Of a stretch of DNA of 40,026 nt, positions 39,028 to 40,026 are shown piece after piece. A model generated the notes under the pieces. It saw only the letters and a program-made list of their open reading frames with translations, was not told where the DNA came from and ran no database searches. A program made the position numbers and the translations under genes. Source of the stretch: Promethearchaeia archaeon. Lineage in GTDB: Archaea; Asgardarchaeota; Lokiarchaeia; Sigyniarchaeales; SOKP01. How positions within the stretch are numbered: the stretch's first letter is position 1; each line of letters opens with the position of its first letter. The stretch covers positions 1 to 40,026 of the forward strand of contig JAHQWJ010000049.1 of NCBI GenBank assembly GCA_029856125.1, read 5' to 3'.

Positions 39028-39483
39028 TTCGAAGATTTAAGGACTTATCCGTGATTTTAGATATTCGTTTTTAAGTGATTTTTTTAAATGATCTCTAAGC
39101 AAATTAACCAACGGGTTATAATCTTGGGTAAAAAGAAGGAAAACTGGAAACCGCGACGTTCTAAAATATAAAAAGAGGAGACGTATTTATCTAATAATTA
39201 CCCGCTCAGTTTTCTGAAAACTGCGCTCAGGGTTAAGGGTTGAGGTATTGAGTCCTAAGACTCTTAGGTATAAGAATATATTATTAATCATGGTTTCCAA
39301 TTTTTTTTTCTATTGTAATATTGAATTTCTACCTATTTAAAGATATCTATCTTTTCACATGACAAAAAAGAAAATCTAATTTACAATCGTTTTGGATGAT
39401 TAAGTTGCTATATCGAAGAATTCACGAAAATCTAATTGAATTTTAACGATTAATAAAGCTATAATTAAAATTTATAATATTAA

Positions 39484-40026
39484 TTATAAATCTATTTTTT
39501 TCTTAATTTTTGTTAAGGTTTTTTGAGTAAGTACAATCTTGTTTTCAAAATATAATTCCAAAATCGAATTATATATCAAAAATATCCCATATTTCTTTTT
39601 AAATCTTTTAACTACCTCTCGAACGAATTTCTTGTCATTATTGCGCCCCTTTTTCTCCATTTTATAGAAATTCAATATATTCTCCTTTAAAAGTGATTTA
39701 ATATTTTTATCGTAAAATCGAGCTATCTTAAATCCGGCGAATTCTGTGCACATTATATTCCAACTAGGAATTGTTATAAAATTGGAATCACGAAGGAAAT
39801 AACTGTCGTATCGATTTTTAAACAAGCCTTGTTTTTTCTTCTTTATTGGTTTAGCATAATGGAGTGCGAAAGGCGTTTTCAATGACGCTTTATTTCTTCT
39901 TATATCTAGGTTTACGTAATACACACGACCTCCATACATTCGATGTAAATAATTTTCTGCTAAACTTATCTTTATCAACTTACCATCTATAGGTTTTTTA
40001 GCAGATGCTACGCATTTTCCTTCCCC
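39484..40026 (-). CDS. 5'-partial basic hypothetical protein
   Basis: The frame of ORF 39484..39978 stays open to the window end (GEGKCVASAKKPIDGKLIKISL...). Confidence 0.65.
   Translation of the reverse strand, partial: GEGKCVASAKKPIDGKLIKISLAENYLHRMYGGRVYYVNLDIRRNKASLKTPFALHYAKPIKKKKQGLFKNRYDSYFLRDSNFITIPSWNIMCTEFAGFKIARFYDKNIKSLLKENILNFYKMEKKGRNNDKKFVREVVKRFKKKYGIFLIYNSILELYFENKIVLTQKTLTKIKKKIDL

Overview
AT-rich archaeal window whose gene content points to an Asgard archaeon (Lokiarchaeia-like; inference). It carries a GPN-loop GTPase, TrmB and ArsR regulators, TPR and LRR proteins, a Rab-like protein, a longin-like protein and an IFT52/GIFT-domain protein. About 35 CDSs are supported; I see no rRNA, tRNA, CRISPR array or transposase. 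Most notable is an unannotated small membrane ORF (18897-19091) with an in-frame GGG-UGA-PSTC, followed 56 nt later by a eukaryote-type SECIS-like hairpin (AUGA/GA core, apical AAAA). This is a candidate new SelK/SelS-like archaeal selenoprotein. Next is a split dikinase-type phosphotransferase (stand-alone His-swivel and ATP-grasp subunits) divergent from an unknown protein, a lipocalin-like protein, two ferredoxins and a CocE hydrolase. Also notable are a Rab-like protein with a degenerate P-loop next to a longin-like protein, an apparently cytoplasmic IFT52-like protein, and a compositionally distinct 2561+ aa giant ORF that looks 5'-truncated and has a toxin-like layout. All family calls come from motif recognition by eye, not from database searches.
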